A stretch of DNA of 64,000 bases from Eledone cirrhosa (taxonomy: Eukaryota), in NCBI GenBank assembly GCA_964016885.1, contig OZ024740.1, forward strand, positions 151,528,001 to 151,592,000, written 5' to 3'. The notes beneath the pieces were generated by a model. The model ran no database searches, was not told the DNA's origin, and saw only the letters and a list, made by a program, of their open reading frames with translations. The position numbers were made by a program, and so were the translations under genes. Below, in pieces: positions 40,310-54,799 of the stretch. How positions within the stretch are numbered: position 1 is the stretch's first letter; each line of letters opens with the position of its first letter.

Positions 40310-40324
40310 TATTTAACATAAATA

Positions 40325-40394
40325 TTTCATCTGATGAGCGAACTGGACGTTTCTGTTAAGATCGTCTAGTTTCGTGAAACCTTAGGTAATGGAA
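40325..40394 (+). ncRNA. hammerhead ribozyme
   Basis: tttcat-CTGATGA-gcgaactggacg..cgtctagtttcgt-GAAA-ccttagg-TA-atggaa. Confidence 0.75.
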
Positions 40395-40431
40395 TAATTA
40401 TATTGTGTTGTTTATTATATAAATAAATATA

Positions 40432-40473
<42 letters not shown>

Positions 40474-40554
40474 CTGTTCTATATTTTTGAGACGAGGAAT
40501 TATTTACATTATATACATTCGACGGATAGGTGTCCTCATCTTGTTTTGTTGCTA

Positions 40555-40598
40555 ACACAACGTTTCGGCTGATGTACTCTCCAGCCTTCACCAGGTGT
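40555..40598 (-). ncRNA. hammerhead ribozyme, mirror copy with core mutation (CTGGTGA)
   Basis: Reverse complement of 40648-40691 with one core change. Confidence 0.6.
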
Positions 40599-40647
40599 CC
40601 CAGTGATGTTATTATCAATGTTTGTTCAGGTCACTGTCTAGAATTAT

Positions 40648-40691
40648 ACACCTGATGAAGGCTGGAGAGTACATCAGCCGAAACGTTGTGT
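40648..40691 (+). ncRNA. minimal type I hammerhead ribozyme in fold-back 40470-40731
   Basis: acac-CTGATGA-a ggctg gagagtacat cagcc-GAAA-cg-TT-gtgt; palindromic AACGTT stem III. Confidence 0.82.
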
Positions 40692-40727
40692 TAACAACAA
40701 AACAAGATGAGGATACCAATCCGTCCA

Positions 40728-40801
<74 letters not shown>

Positions 40802-41641
40802 AATCGGAACAAAGAATCAATATTGTATCATATACAAATTTAATTAGATATTACATATCTTTCACTGCCGATCAGCTCGAGGAACGATCGAATAGTGTTC
40901 GCTCCTGACTCTGGAATCGGGAGCTTCTCTGATATGTGTTCTCACATGTAGACGCACGTGCAAATAATTGTATACTCTTTTACCTATTCCAGCCATCCGG
41001 CTGAGGCCATGCTGGGGCACCGTCCTTAAAAAGTAATGAGGTCTCATATATATATATATATATATATATACAATTATTTCTACAGCCCCCATGTTTTAAC
41101 ACGATATCTTACTTTCTTCTTGCTTGTTTTCCTCCTTTCTTTTTCGCTTTGTTTTATTCACGATTCTCGTGCTACAAGAGACATCACACTTTTTCCCTGA
41201 CATCAAGAAAAGTTCTTTCTCTATTTGATGTAGCTTAATTGCTATAAATTCATGTTTTGTCTCCAGTCTGTTACTCCACTTGACAACATTTGATTTGTGT
41301 CAGACTATGTGACTCTGAGTGGACTGCAGTACCGTTAGTAAGTGTCGAAACTGCCAAAGCCCACCTCAACGGCCGTTTACCCTGGAGATCTGTGTTTTCG
41401 TTTGTATTTTAATCTTAAAAAAAAACAATTTTTGACTTATTCTTTTCTTACGTTTACATATATATATATATATATATACATATATATATGTGCGTGTCTG
41501 TGTGTATGTAAGTGATTCAATGATTTACTGGTGATGGTACCAACATAAGCACTTCTTGCATATAGTGTATATATCTAAATTATAAACCCAATGAAAATTC
41601 ACATATTTTTATAGATTATCGACCTGTTACATATATATATA

Positions 41642-41693
<52 letters not shown>

Positions 41694-42839
41694 ATGTGTG
41701 TGTATGTGTGTGTGTGTGTGTGTGTGTGTATAAACTTTATACCGCATGATTTTCAAAAATATTATCTTTTAAAATTGGATGATTCTTGATACTCACTGTA
41801 TTTCAACCCATTCCATACCATATTTCCAATGAGAGTCACTGCCTCACGTATTAGGTAATTTCGAAAATAATGAATTTGCCGGGAGTTAGTAATAGCCCTT
41901 TCTTGTTATTAAGATGGAGTATGGAGCATAATTTAACAAATGTTCTTACATAAAATTATGATGGAGGGTTTTTACATAAATATAAACAGTTTAAAATATA
42001 CAGCTTAGTATATATGTAATAGGGGTCAATTCTAGGTAGATTGATATCAAAAGTGTTAAACCTTAATTTCAATTATAACCCCACAATCCAATTTTTCAGA
42101 ATGTACTGTCTAACCTCTTGTGATTGAAGAAGTTTAAGACATTAGTGGATAAACACTTGAGAATACTGCACAAACATTTCCCAATAAAATCATCCTCATA
42201 TTTCTGGCCTATAGTGTATTTTTACACCACCGAGAATGCTCTGAGGAAAATCATATTTAAAAAAAATTTGTTGTATCTATAACTTTTCTGTGGTTTATAT
42301 CATGGTATTGGTCACTACATTCGACTATCATAAAACTTCTAATTTTGAACTCTTTGCGAGCCAAAACTGTATTAGCACATATTTTATTTCCCATCTCTTC
42401 TGTAACAAAAACATGCTTGTACATTTGACTTTAACTTGTGAAGCACACGTTCCGGTAAATAATGTAAATTTGATGAAAATATATTTTACTTTATTTTAGC
42501 AATTTTTTGGAAAACTGAAAATGTCAATGCCTGATCCTGACCACAAACGGCCCTCAGAGTTAATTTCAATGTTACTACTGCTACAATCAGAAATATTAAT
42601 GTGTATAGTAAAACTCTAACCTCGTTTCTTGGTGTTTTCAATATCCTGAAAATTAAACACTTCAAATATGTTTATAGAAGATATAAGTGAATTTTGAAAA
42701 AAAATGAACCATTCATTAAATTGTGCAACAAAAGTTACTAATAATAATTGTAAAATATTTTAATTAATTAGTTTATATGACAACAAAATATATGCACGAA
42801 TAAAAGAAATAAAGATTATAAGGAAGAGAGTATATATAT

Positions 42840-43378
42840 ACTTCGTTTTTTAATTTGTTTTGAGAGATTTCTTATCTGAAAACGTGTGTTGAAACAGATA
42901 TTGTAATACTTTGGGAGGATCATGTTGCCAATAGAAACACTCGCACCTGTTAGTTTTCACTTCAATTTATTATAAATTTCCGGTTGGTTGGTTGGTTCGA
43001 TAACCGGAAGGTTATTTATATATTGCTAAAGCTATTTCGTCACACATTCTGTGATCTCCACAGTAACTAGGTTTTTATTTTGTGTGTCTCTCCTTTGTTT
43101 ACTCCTACACCATCTTGTTTTTGTGTGTTGTGCGTTATGTGGTTAGTTTGCGCATGCGTTACATCCGGGTGTGTGTGAGTGTGTTTATTTATTTATGTGT
43201 TTATTTACTTGTCACTAATTGGTTATTTGTTCTATCTGTGTGTCTGGTGTGTTTTGTTAGTTTGATTTTTTTGTTGCCTCTGTGATTTGTCTGAGCATTG
43301 CATCTTTTCTGTGTGGATATAATTTTTATCTCTATGTTCTCTAATGTCAACATGACCCTTCCAAAATATAACAATATC
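42840..43378 (-). mobile_element. older PLE pseudo-LTR copy with ORF tail and short inverted end
   Basis: Homologous to 60430-60950; 43347-43378 is an inverted copy of 42898-42930. Confidence 0.8.
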
Positions 43379-43384
43379 TATATA

Positions 43385-43516
<132 letters not shown>

Positions 43517-44462
43517 TTCTCTTTGTATGTATACGAATTTAAGTTGAAATGTATAAGTATGTATATAAAAGCAATACAAATCAACCCAATGAGAGATAGA
43601 ACCGATGTGGGATAAAGATATATAACGATTTTATCTATCTGCTTATTTATTCTTATTGTTCTTTCAAGTGATTCCTTTTTGAAAACTAACTTTCATTAAC
43701 TCCAAATTTCTACCTTTTCTTCTCCTGTGTTATAATATCATTTTCTTTCTACTGTCATTGTTTTCATCTTCAATTACTCTTTTACTTTTTTACCGATTTC
43801 AGCCATTCGGCTGAGGCCATGCTGGGACACCAGCCCTTGATACAATGATTGTGTATCATTTTATTTTGTTTATTTCTTCTCTGTCCCATTAACGAATTAA
43901 TCTATTTCAAACTCTCTCTACATATATCTTACAAATGAAAGTTCAAATGAAAATTCATTTTTTTCTGAGGAAGCCCGTGAGATAAAGACATTATTGAGTT
44001 CATTGTTTCTGAGGAAGCCGGTGATATGAAGGCATTAAGATTATTAATTACTTCATTTGTTAATTATGTTGGAAAACCTAGAGGTGGTTAGGGGGAAGAT
44101 TGGTATTAAGAGTTAAATATACATGGATACTATATTAGTATTTATTTTATCCAACCTAGAAGGATAAAAAGCAAAATTAATTACGACAAAGACAGTAGGT
44201 ATGTTCTCTGATGTATATTTTACTGCTAACACTAGCATGTCGATCATCTGCTCACAAAATGCCCCTATAGTTTGTGAGCGTTCATGAATTACAAGAAGAT
44301 ATAGGAATTATAGCTCTGGTAATAAATGTAGTCCTAACTAAAATGTATACCGAATTCTCCAGAGGTTTTTCGCTCTGATTTTAAGTAATCCCCTCATAAC
44401 AGTGCACAAACGCAGGCACGTACACACACATACACAGATACTAAGACACAAACACAAACACA

Positions 44463-44591
<129 letters not shown>

Positions 44592-45132
44592 ATACAGCCT
44601 CTAATAAAGAGACACGCACTCAGAGATAGACCGTGATTGAAAGAAAAAGAGAAATGAAGTGAAATGAGGAAAAGAATGAGAGTGAATCAACGAGATAGAA
44701 AACACAACATTGGATCTATTCCAAAACAAGAGACAATGTCCTTTTAGAATCAGAGGATGCACTATTCTGACCAAGCTTTTCTGTGGACAAAAGACTTTTT
44801 GAAAAACAGAAAACACAGTTCTGATTATCTAGTCATAAAGCCGAGCTGCACCTGTAGTGTGAACTTTCATTGTAAGCGATGTTTAATAATAGACTAATAG
44901 ACACAAACCTAGTGAAGGCCAGTGGCTTAATGGCTTATGTTTTCACTTCACAATCGTATGATCATGAGTTTGATTTTTGGCTGCATTTCTCGTAGTTCCA
45001 ATCCACTCAACTGACAATAATGTGTTGTGTTTGTAATTCAGTGACTCTCAGAATTACATTAAGAATTCATGAGCAGGCTGTTCTACTGTTTGAACAACTT
45101 AAATTATCGTCGTCGTAACTGAGGGAGATCCA

Positions 45133-45265
<133 letters not shown>

Positions 45266-46170
45266 GATAAAAACCTCCATTACCACAATGACTCATATTT
45301 AAAGTAAACTAAACAAAATGAACCAGTGTGAGATCTCTCTTTTCGTTAAATTATCAACCAAATGAACTTGAAATCATATCAACAATCTAAAAAGAACGCA
45401 TTAAACCATGTAGACATCGATATACCCCGTCATCAACATCAAGCAAAAAAGGGGCCCTCGATTCCGTAGAGGATCACCTAGAAATAACATACAAAATACC
45501 CCGCTTTTCACACACTATCATCATTTTAGACGGGATGACCTGGGGCTAAACAATGACAGCAACAATAACAGCTACAAAAAATCAATTATCATCTAGGTCT
45601 TTTAACAATTGCAATTAGATCTAATGTAAATCTGAGGTAATTAAAGAGTTCTGAATCAACGCTCCATTTCATATGAAGGTCACAGAGTTTTTGTAAGATA
45701 GATTTTCACAAGACAAAGGCCTAACCTATATTTATTTCTATATCTGTTCGGAGAGGACTTCAATTATTGCATTTACTGCGTCTAATTTGATTCTAAATGA
45801 GCTTGCTCTCAATTTGGTCTGCCTTTGTTTAACCTGTTGCTGTTGACATTGTTGTGGTTTTTATTGTAGTAGTGAGAGCGATGGCGATGGTAGTGTTAGT
45901 ATTAGTGGTGTTGTTGAAAATTATATATTTCACAGAGCGAATGTCTCACTGCCGTATCTATTATACCGACAAATGTGTGTCTATATTATATACATACATA
46001 TATAGATACATACATGCATACATGTGTACTTATGCATGTACGTACGTACATACATATATTAATACGTACAATCATGCCTATATACGTACATATATACATT
46101 TATAAAGTCATTACATAGATATCTATGTAATTATTATTATTACTATGTAAATATTATTATTACTATATAT

Positions 46171-46359
46171 AAGGCGGTGGATTGGCAGTATCGGTAGAGG
46201 GTTGGATGCCATGCTTTGACGCCTAGAGTTACGGCCCTTGTCATTCTGAGTTCAAATCCCGCCGAGGTTAACTTTGTCTTTCATCCTTACGGGGTCGATA
46301 AAATAAAGTACCAGAAATGCACTGGCTAATTGCTGGCATTGTGCCAAAAGTAGAAACAA
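46171..46359 (+). mobile_element. full-length tRNA-derived SINE
   Basis: Same family as 3376-3565. Confidence 0.88.
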
Positions 46360-48248
46360 GTATATACTATATATACATGTGTGTGTGTGTGTATGTGTGT
46401 GTGTATGTATGTGTATGTGTGTGTGTGTGTGCGCCATAAACAAGTACTTACAAGTAAATAAATGCTATAAAGAATTATAACCGTGCTAAAGTATCATTAT
46501 AAATATATGTATATGTGTATATGTAACGAAACTTCGGCATATTTTTCCTCGATGGTTTTCTTTGCCTGCCACACACGACTACCAAACCTTAGATAAAGTT
46601 CTCTTGTAGGAGGTTCACGACGCCAGATTGTTCGAACTCTAGAAGAGTACTAAAGGTCTTCAGTGTAATGTTTCTATTCAACATAATCCTTATATATACA
46701 AGAGATTTCGACCGGTAAAAGATAATCTGTTTTTCGATTCTGCAACAAAGAGCTTGTTTTGTCAGCTTCGCAATGTAGCCACACACAAACACACACACAC
46801 GCACACGCACGCACACAAACACAAACACACACACACGCACACACACACGCACACACACACGCACACACACACACAAACACACACACAGACACACAGAATG
46901 AGTGGAATAATCCACTACTATTTTGGTAGGGTACGTCAAGCTCCATGCGTTATGAAAGTCAACAGCATGCAGGAGCCCAAGTCAAAGTTGTACTGTGAAG
47001 GGTTCCGATACTGGAAGATCAAGACGGTGAAAGCCGCACAGCATAAATACCTGCACCAAAGTATTTATTCGTGCAACCTCAAATAGCTTCAAGTCCCGAT
47101 ACTACGTGCACTTTCACTCCTGATATATATTGGAATTGAAAGATGCCGATATTGAAAACTCTTTTAATTGGAATATACTTAATGTAGCCTGGAAATCGTA
47201 GATATAATGTGTCTCTCACCAAATGTCTCTTAATAAATAAATCTCATCTACTAAGCTTAAATAGAAAATCTGAAATTCCCTCTATATGGCTACACATGAA
47301 TTCATAATCCTTTTACTTTAGTAAATATGATTCTATTTAATATATTATGGTAAGCATTTCTTTTTTGCTTGCTTCTACAAATGTTACACCGATTGGTTAT
47401 GATCCAGACTTTGATAGTAATTATACCGTATGACCTAAATTTCACAATGCGTGATTGAACTCATAGTAATGTAATCTGTAATTCCCCATACTTGTTAACA
47501 CATGAATTATTATTAGTAATATTATTGTTCCTTCTATATTAGAATTGCTGAACCATGTTAATTTATCATCGCTTCCAGCTCTACAATTCCGTTTATATAA
47601 TTGCTTCTTTCACCAATTTAGTGCATCTCAGATTTTAAAAATATATTTAAATTCATTCACATAAGTTACGTAGTTTGAGATTTAAGTACAAATATAGCTA
47701 CTACTTCCTTTCATCCCATTACAGGTTTTCTCATGCCCCCTTGCGATTAATTGCTATTATCAAGTAATTCCTTCAGTCTATCTATGACATTTTCATATCC
47801 GCATATCTGAATATGTAGCCTGGAAAGAGCAGAGCTGGCTTACTACACACAGATATATTTGACTGTTCATTGTCAAAAGCAAATACAGTACCAAACACTG
47901 TGATAGTCCACGCTGCAATATAACGATAGATTGTTTACATATCAATCCGTGCTTGCCATTGTATGCTGTGATTACAACACAGATATAGGATACAATTTAA
48001 TGTTTATTTCGTTTATACAAGTCTATTTAAACATTTAGTTAGTTATTTGAATTATTTCAAGATATATTTTTAGTTGGTATTTTATATATATGTTTAATGA
48101 TTTACCTTCGTTAACTTCAATAATTCTTAACTTTGAGACTTCACTGTTGGACGATAATAAAAGATTCAAGTTTCCACGCTTCATTTCTTTTCAAACTTTA
48201 TCTGGATTTGACTTTCGTATAGAGGTGTTTAATGTAGGTTATATTTTG

Positions 48249-48420
48249 TGCATTTAATAGGTATTTGCAATTTAAATGTTTCAGGATGGATTTATTTGGG
48301 AGAAAAGACGATTGGTGAGATCTCAGTTTGTTCGACTGGATAGCGCTCTCAGCAATCGTCTTTAGTCCCAAATAAATCCATCCTGAAACATTTAAATTGC
48401 AAATAACTATTAAATGCACA
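48249..48420. repeat. fold-back with ~70-bp arms
   Basis: tgcatttaataggtatttgc..aaagacgattggtgaga is inverted as tctcagcaatcgtcttt..ctattaaatgca. Confidence 0.8.
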
Positions 48421-48486
48421 TCATATACTGTCAAATACTATCAAAGTCTGGATCATAACCAATCGGTGTAACATTTGTAGAAGCAA

Positions 48487-48529
<43 letters not shown>

Positions 48530-48742
48530 TATAAATGTAATCTGAGTTTTTCGAATATTAATAATAATATTCGATTCATTTGCAATTATACAAACAGCCT
48601 CATTTTTAAAGCCATGTCAGTAGAATGAGCCCCTCATTCTTGCTCTTGTGTTGGCATGTAATATGGAAATCAGCCCGATCACTTTATTAAAAAAAAGATA
48701 TATTTTCACTAGCTCTGACAGTTAGGCAGGTGAACGGTGAAC

Positions 48743-48784
48743 TGTACTGATGAAGGGTAATACCCAGAAACATTAGTGTCTACA
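48743..48784 (+). ncRNA. minimal hammerhead ribozyme, A/A mismatch at base of stem II
   Basis: tgta-CTGATGA-a gggt aat accc a-GAAA-cattagtg-TC-taca. Confidence 0.68.
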
Positions 48785-48871
48785 CTTCTGTTTACATTTA
48801 TTGTATTCAGCCATGTACAGAGAAAATCTTTTTTATATATGAACATATATATGTATATATATATGTATGTA

Positions 48872-48934
<63 letters not shown>

Positions 48935-48940
<6 letters not shown>

Positions 48941-49321
48941 AAAAAGAGATGAAATCGAAAATGCAACTGAAGTCTTATTTTTTTTTTTTTTTTTTTTTTT
49001 AAATATATATATTTATTTGGTTCCTTTACCGGTTTCGCAGTTCTTCTGCTTTTCAAAAGGTGAGTTGAGATGGAGGGTCTGTGGTTTTTCTCACATCAGA
49101 TGTGAGAAAAACCACAGACCCTCCATCTCAACTCACCTTTTGAAAAGCAGAAGAAATGCGAAACCGGTAAAGGAACCAAATAAATATATATATTTAAAAA
49201 AAAAAAATTAAAAAAAAAGACTTCAGTTGCATTTTCGATTTCATCTCTTTTTCTTTATACTTTCACTCGTGTAGGACACCTCGGTTATTTTTCATTTTGT
49301 AAAAAAAAACCTCACTTTCTA

Positions 49322-49322
<1 letters not shown>
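48935..49322. mobile_element. second copy of the 8044-8400 fold-back element, with HHRs at 49023-49060 (-) and 49136-49173 (+)
   Basis: Near-identical sequence and ends; the centre is cacatcagatgtg. Confidence 0.85.
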
Positions 49323-50395
<1,073 letters not shown>

Positions 50396-50396
<1 letters not shown>

Positions 50397-50800
50397 AGAT
50401 GACCGCTTAGCCTTTGTCAAGGCAGAATTCTAGGAGAAGGAAAACTCTGATATATCACCCTCAACCCTGATGGTATCCAATGATGTTGACTTGTTATCCT
50501 TTTTAGTAAATAGCATCTTGGTTAAGAGAGTGGGACTGGCTTTGTGCAGTGCCTTTGCTCACTATAAAAGCTTCACGGCACAGGCATTGCTTTATATCTG
50601 GAGATCTCTCTGCACTTGTCGTCACATGGTTCCATGGGCCCAGCAATATGTGTCAATAATTGTCACAAGTGTAGTGTTTGTACGAGAGTTTTCAAGTCGC
50701 TGGCTGGACTAAAAAGTCACACTCGTTCAACGCATCGGTAGGGGTTCTCCTACATGGATATAAAGTAGTGGCCGTACTCGAAAACGAGTTGGCAGCCACC
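50396..50800 (+). mobile_element. 5'-truncated copy of the non-autonomous RTE-like element
   Basis: High identity to 18885-19285. Confidence 0.8.
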
Positions 50801-50803
50801 ATT

Positions 50804-50839
<36 letters not shown>

Positions 50840-51042
50840 GATAATTTAATATATCTACTAACATAAGCGCACAGATGTACGCTAATGCCAGCAAATACAC
50901 AGGTTATGTCATAGTACCTAGGTGGTTCAATGCAGGAGGATGCAGAACAATAATATAAAAGACGTAAAATAAGAAAATTCTTTAAAAAATTAAAAAAAAA
51001 ATGTTTTTTTTTTTAAATTTTAACTTACTTACTTAAATTTTC

Positions 51043-51124
51043 ACTCCAACTAATTAGTTTCTGCAATGGGATAAAGACAGTTACGTAATCTAACTGTCGA
51101 GAATTCATTGCGTTATCAGGGAGT
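51043..51124 (-). ncRNA. hammerhead ribozyme copy with G8A core mutation
   Basis: Reverse complement of 52265-52346 but the core reads CTGATAA. Confidence 0.55.
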
Positions 51125-51701
51125 CTATTCTCAGCTAAGTCTCCAGGCAATGCGCGGACACTGAGGACTCATATAAAAATAATAATAATTCGGTAGATCG
51201 AACAGCTAGCGGGTACTTCCATGCACTGAAATCCTCGCTGCCTCTGGTCAGATGGCCGATTCTAAAGAATCAATCACGTGACACAGAGGCTAGTCAGTAG
51301 GAATGGGATGGTAAGATGACAGACGCCTACTAACACCCCCCAAAAAAAATTTAGAAGTGGTTTTGGCAGGTTTGCTCGACAAATCAGTGATTTGGAGATA
51401 AATATAGATAATTTAATATATCTACTAACATAAGCGCACAGATGTACGCTAATGCCAGCAAATACACAGGTTATGTCATAGTACCTAGGTGGTTCAATGC
51501 AGGAGGATGCAGAACAATAATATAAAAGACGTAAAATAAGAAAATTTAAAAAAAAATTTAAAAAAAAATAAAAAAAAAAATTTTTTTTTATTTCAGTGCA
51601 TGGAATTCAGTCCCCGCTAGCTGTTCCATCTACCGAATTATTATTATTTTTATATGAGTCCCCAGTGTCCGCGCATTGCCTGGAGACTTAGCTGAGAATA
51701 G

Positions 51702-51783
51702 ACTCCCTGATGACGCAATGAATGCTCGACAGTTAGATTACGTAACTGTCTTTATCCCATTGCAGAAACTAATTAGTTGGAGT
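51702..51783 (+). ncRNA. hammerhead ribozyme with extended stem II
   Basis: actcc-CTGATGA-c gcaatg..gacagtta gattacg taactgtc..cattgc a-GAAA-ctaattag-TT-ggagt. Confidence 0.75.
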
Positions 51784-52264
51784 GAAAATTTAAGTAAGTT
51801 AAAATTAAAAAAAAAATTTTTTTTTTAAATTTTTTAAAGAATTTTCTTATTTTACGTCTTTTATATTATTGTTCTGCATCCTCCTGCATTGAACCACCTA
51901 GGTACTATGACATAACCTGTGTATTTGCTGGCATTAGCGTACATCTGTGCGCTTATGTTAGTAGATATATTAAATTATCTATATTTATCTCCAAATCACT
52001 GATTTGTCGAGCAAACCTGCCAAAACCACTTCTAAATTTTTTTGGGGGGTGTTACTAGGCGTCTGTCATCTTACCATCCCATTCCTACTGACTAGCCTCT
52101 GTGTCACGTGATTGATTCTTTAGAATCGGCCATCTGACCAGAGGCAGCGAGGATTTCAGTGCATGGAATTCAGTCCCCGCTAGCTGTTCCGTCTACCGAA
52201 TTATTATTATTTTTATATGAGTCCCCAGTGTCCGCGCATTGCCTGGAGACTTAGCTGAGAATAG

Positions 52265-52346
52265 ACTCCCTGATGACGCAATGAATTCTCGACAGTTAGA
52301 TTACGTAACTGTCTTTATCCCATTGCAGAAACTAATTAGTTGGAGT
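52265..52346 (+). ncRNA. hammerhead ribozyme with extended stem II (tandem copy)
   Basis: One substitution relative to 51702-51783. Confidence 0.75.
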
Positions 52347-52389
52347 GAAAATTTCAGTATAAGATAAAATTTTTTTTTTTTTTTTAAAT

Positions 52390-52466
<77 letters not shown>

Positions 52467-52738
52467 TATATGTATATATATGTACATATATATATGTATA
52501 TATATGTGTATATATATATGTATATATATGTGTATATATATATGTACATATATATATGTATATATATGTGTGTATATATATATACATATATATGTATATA
52601 TATGTACATATATATATGTATATATATGTGTATATATATGTGTATATATATATGTGTATATATATATGTATGTGTATATATATATGTATATATATATATG
52701 TATATATATATATGTATATATATGTGTATATATATATG

Positions 52739-52771
<33 letters not shown>

Positions 52772-52825
52772 GTATTTTATATATATATATATAAGAACAA
52801 AAGATGGTTAAAAGAGTTCCATGTA

Positions 52826-52892
52826 TTTTATTATGCGCATTTCAAAAACAAATATCATCATGCAATAATATTTGTGTTTTCATCAGATAAAA
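52826..52892 (-). ncRNA. hammerhead ribozyme within the ~215-bp fold-back insertion 52793-53008
   Basis: ttttat-CTGATGA-aaacacaaatattatt..gatgatatttgttttt-GAAA-tgcgca-TA-ataaaa. Confidence 0.72.
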
Positions 52893-53067
52893 CAGGAAGA
52901 CATGATATGAAGGTTAAAAAACATTTGTGGATAGTGCAGTTTTAAATCAACATAATAAAAATGCGCATAATAAAATCCATGGAACTCTTTTAACCATCTT
53001 TTGTTCTTATATATATATATATCCGATATCTGCATTGCTTTATTGTACTACAATAAAACTCACCTCC

Positions 53068-53120
<53 letters not shown>

Positions 53121-53122
53121 TT

Positions 53123-53243
<121 letters not shown>

Positions 53244-53601
53244 TACTTTGGGAGGGTCATATTTGTGTAATATTGCCAGAATTAATAATAGAACACACTC
53301 ACTGTTTGGTTGGTTTTCGCTTCTAGCTGTCTTTTATATCTGTAATCTAGCTTACTCGGTCCTCAATGTTGCCATTGACTGACCGACGGTCAAAAATATC
53401 ACAGATACAATTTAGACATAAACACATATATATAGTTTACATAATTTACATAAATCTTTCGTTGCACATCTGCAACATCGTCAGTGGTGTTATATTTTCC
53501 TCCTGTTGTGTTGTATGTCTACGCCATTTTTTATTCAGTCTGTCTCCCCAAGTATAACAATATTTGTTTCGACACACGATTTCATATAAAAAACCTCGCT
53601 A

Positions 53602-53638
<37 letters not shown>

Positions 53639-53679
53639 CGAAACATAAGTCAATTGCATGAACTCATAATCCTTTATTT

Positions 53680-53735
53680 ACTGCTATATATATTTCGATG
53701 ATAGCCATTGAATGGCTATGACCTCATCAGGCAGT
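53680..53735 (-). ncRNA. hammerhead ribozyme in the 3' pseudo-LTR
   Basis: actgc-CTGATGA-ggtcatagccatt c aatggctatcatc-GAAA-tatata-TA-gcagt. Confidence 0.85.
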
Positions 53736-54799
53736 TAGTCAGTCCTTAGATATGGCAGCTCTGTGTTTATTGTGTTGTTGGTATCAGCGCCTTGGGACAT
53801 ATGAGCTTGTTAGGAATAATTTAATGTTGTCAGCAGGAATAATCTTGATTCTAATTGGTCAGTTTGTAGATGGTAGTAGGTTGATATTTGACCTCAAAGA
53901 GGCAGGTGGTGTTGTAAAGTTCAAACCATCAGGCAAGATGACAATAGTTCCATATGACTGATTATCACAAAAAGCATTCCTGGTCAGATATATATTCAAT
54001 TAAGATTAATAGTATGAAATAGATACTACAGGTCATTCTTAAATTGAGGAATTTATGAGGAGTGGTGCTACTGAAATTTATGGTTGGAGTAGAAAATTTA
54101 CAAATAAAAAGACTTATGTAGGTTGGCTTGCACGTGCACTCACACCCACCTCCACAGACACACACACACACACATTCACACATACACAATGAGGGGTGGT
54201 AATACTTAAAATATTGGTTAGAGTCCAATACTTAGATAGTTTAGAAAATTTAGAAATAAAAGTTTTATGCTGGTTGACTTGTACATACACTCACACCTAC
54301 CCCCACTGACACTCACACATCTACACACACAAATCCATACCGGTGTGTATATATATATATGTATGCATGTATGTACGCACAAGCATATATACATATATAT
54401 AAAATATATATATATATATACACAGAACATACATATATATAAAATATATACATATAAAATATATATATACATAAAACACATACATACATAAAATATATAC
54501 ACACATAAAACATACATACATATATATATAAAATACACATACATATACATATATATATAAAATATATACATATATATATACATACACATATACAAAATAC
54601 ACATATATACACATATAATATATATATATATATATATACACATGATATACATATACATATATATATAAAATCAGGTTCAATAAAACGTTGTTTTGATGAC
54701 TCCTAACCAGTAGAGGATCCGGTGGACCTTAGGGACCACAAACTATGGGTGGTTGTTGTTGTCCATTGGTCATTGGTACGGGGTGTAGGGGATCTACAG

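Larger units (their letters stand above)
50837..52390. mobile_element. inverted/tandem array of a ~565-bp non-coding HHR-bearing unit (retrozyme-like or PLE pseudo-LTR array)
   Basis: The unit start at 50837 recurs at 51404; orientation flips at about 51590; HHRs at 51702 and 52265 are 563 bp apart; (TA)n on both sides. Confidence 0.85.

Noticed and set aside
41267-41337. Candidate 71-nt exon (ttttgtctccag..gtaagt), and an acceptor-like site at about 63903
   Set aside because: Splice-like signals alone are common by chance; no recognisable protein
46540-47090. Possible coding fragment split by (CA)n
   Set aside because: No convincing motif in any frame
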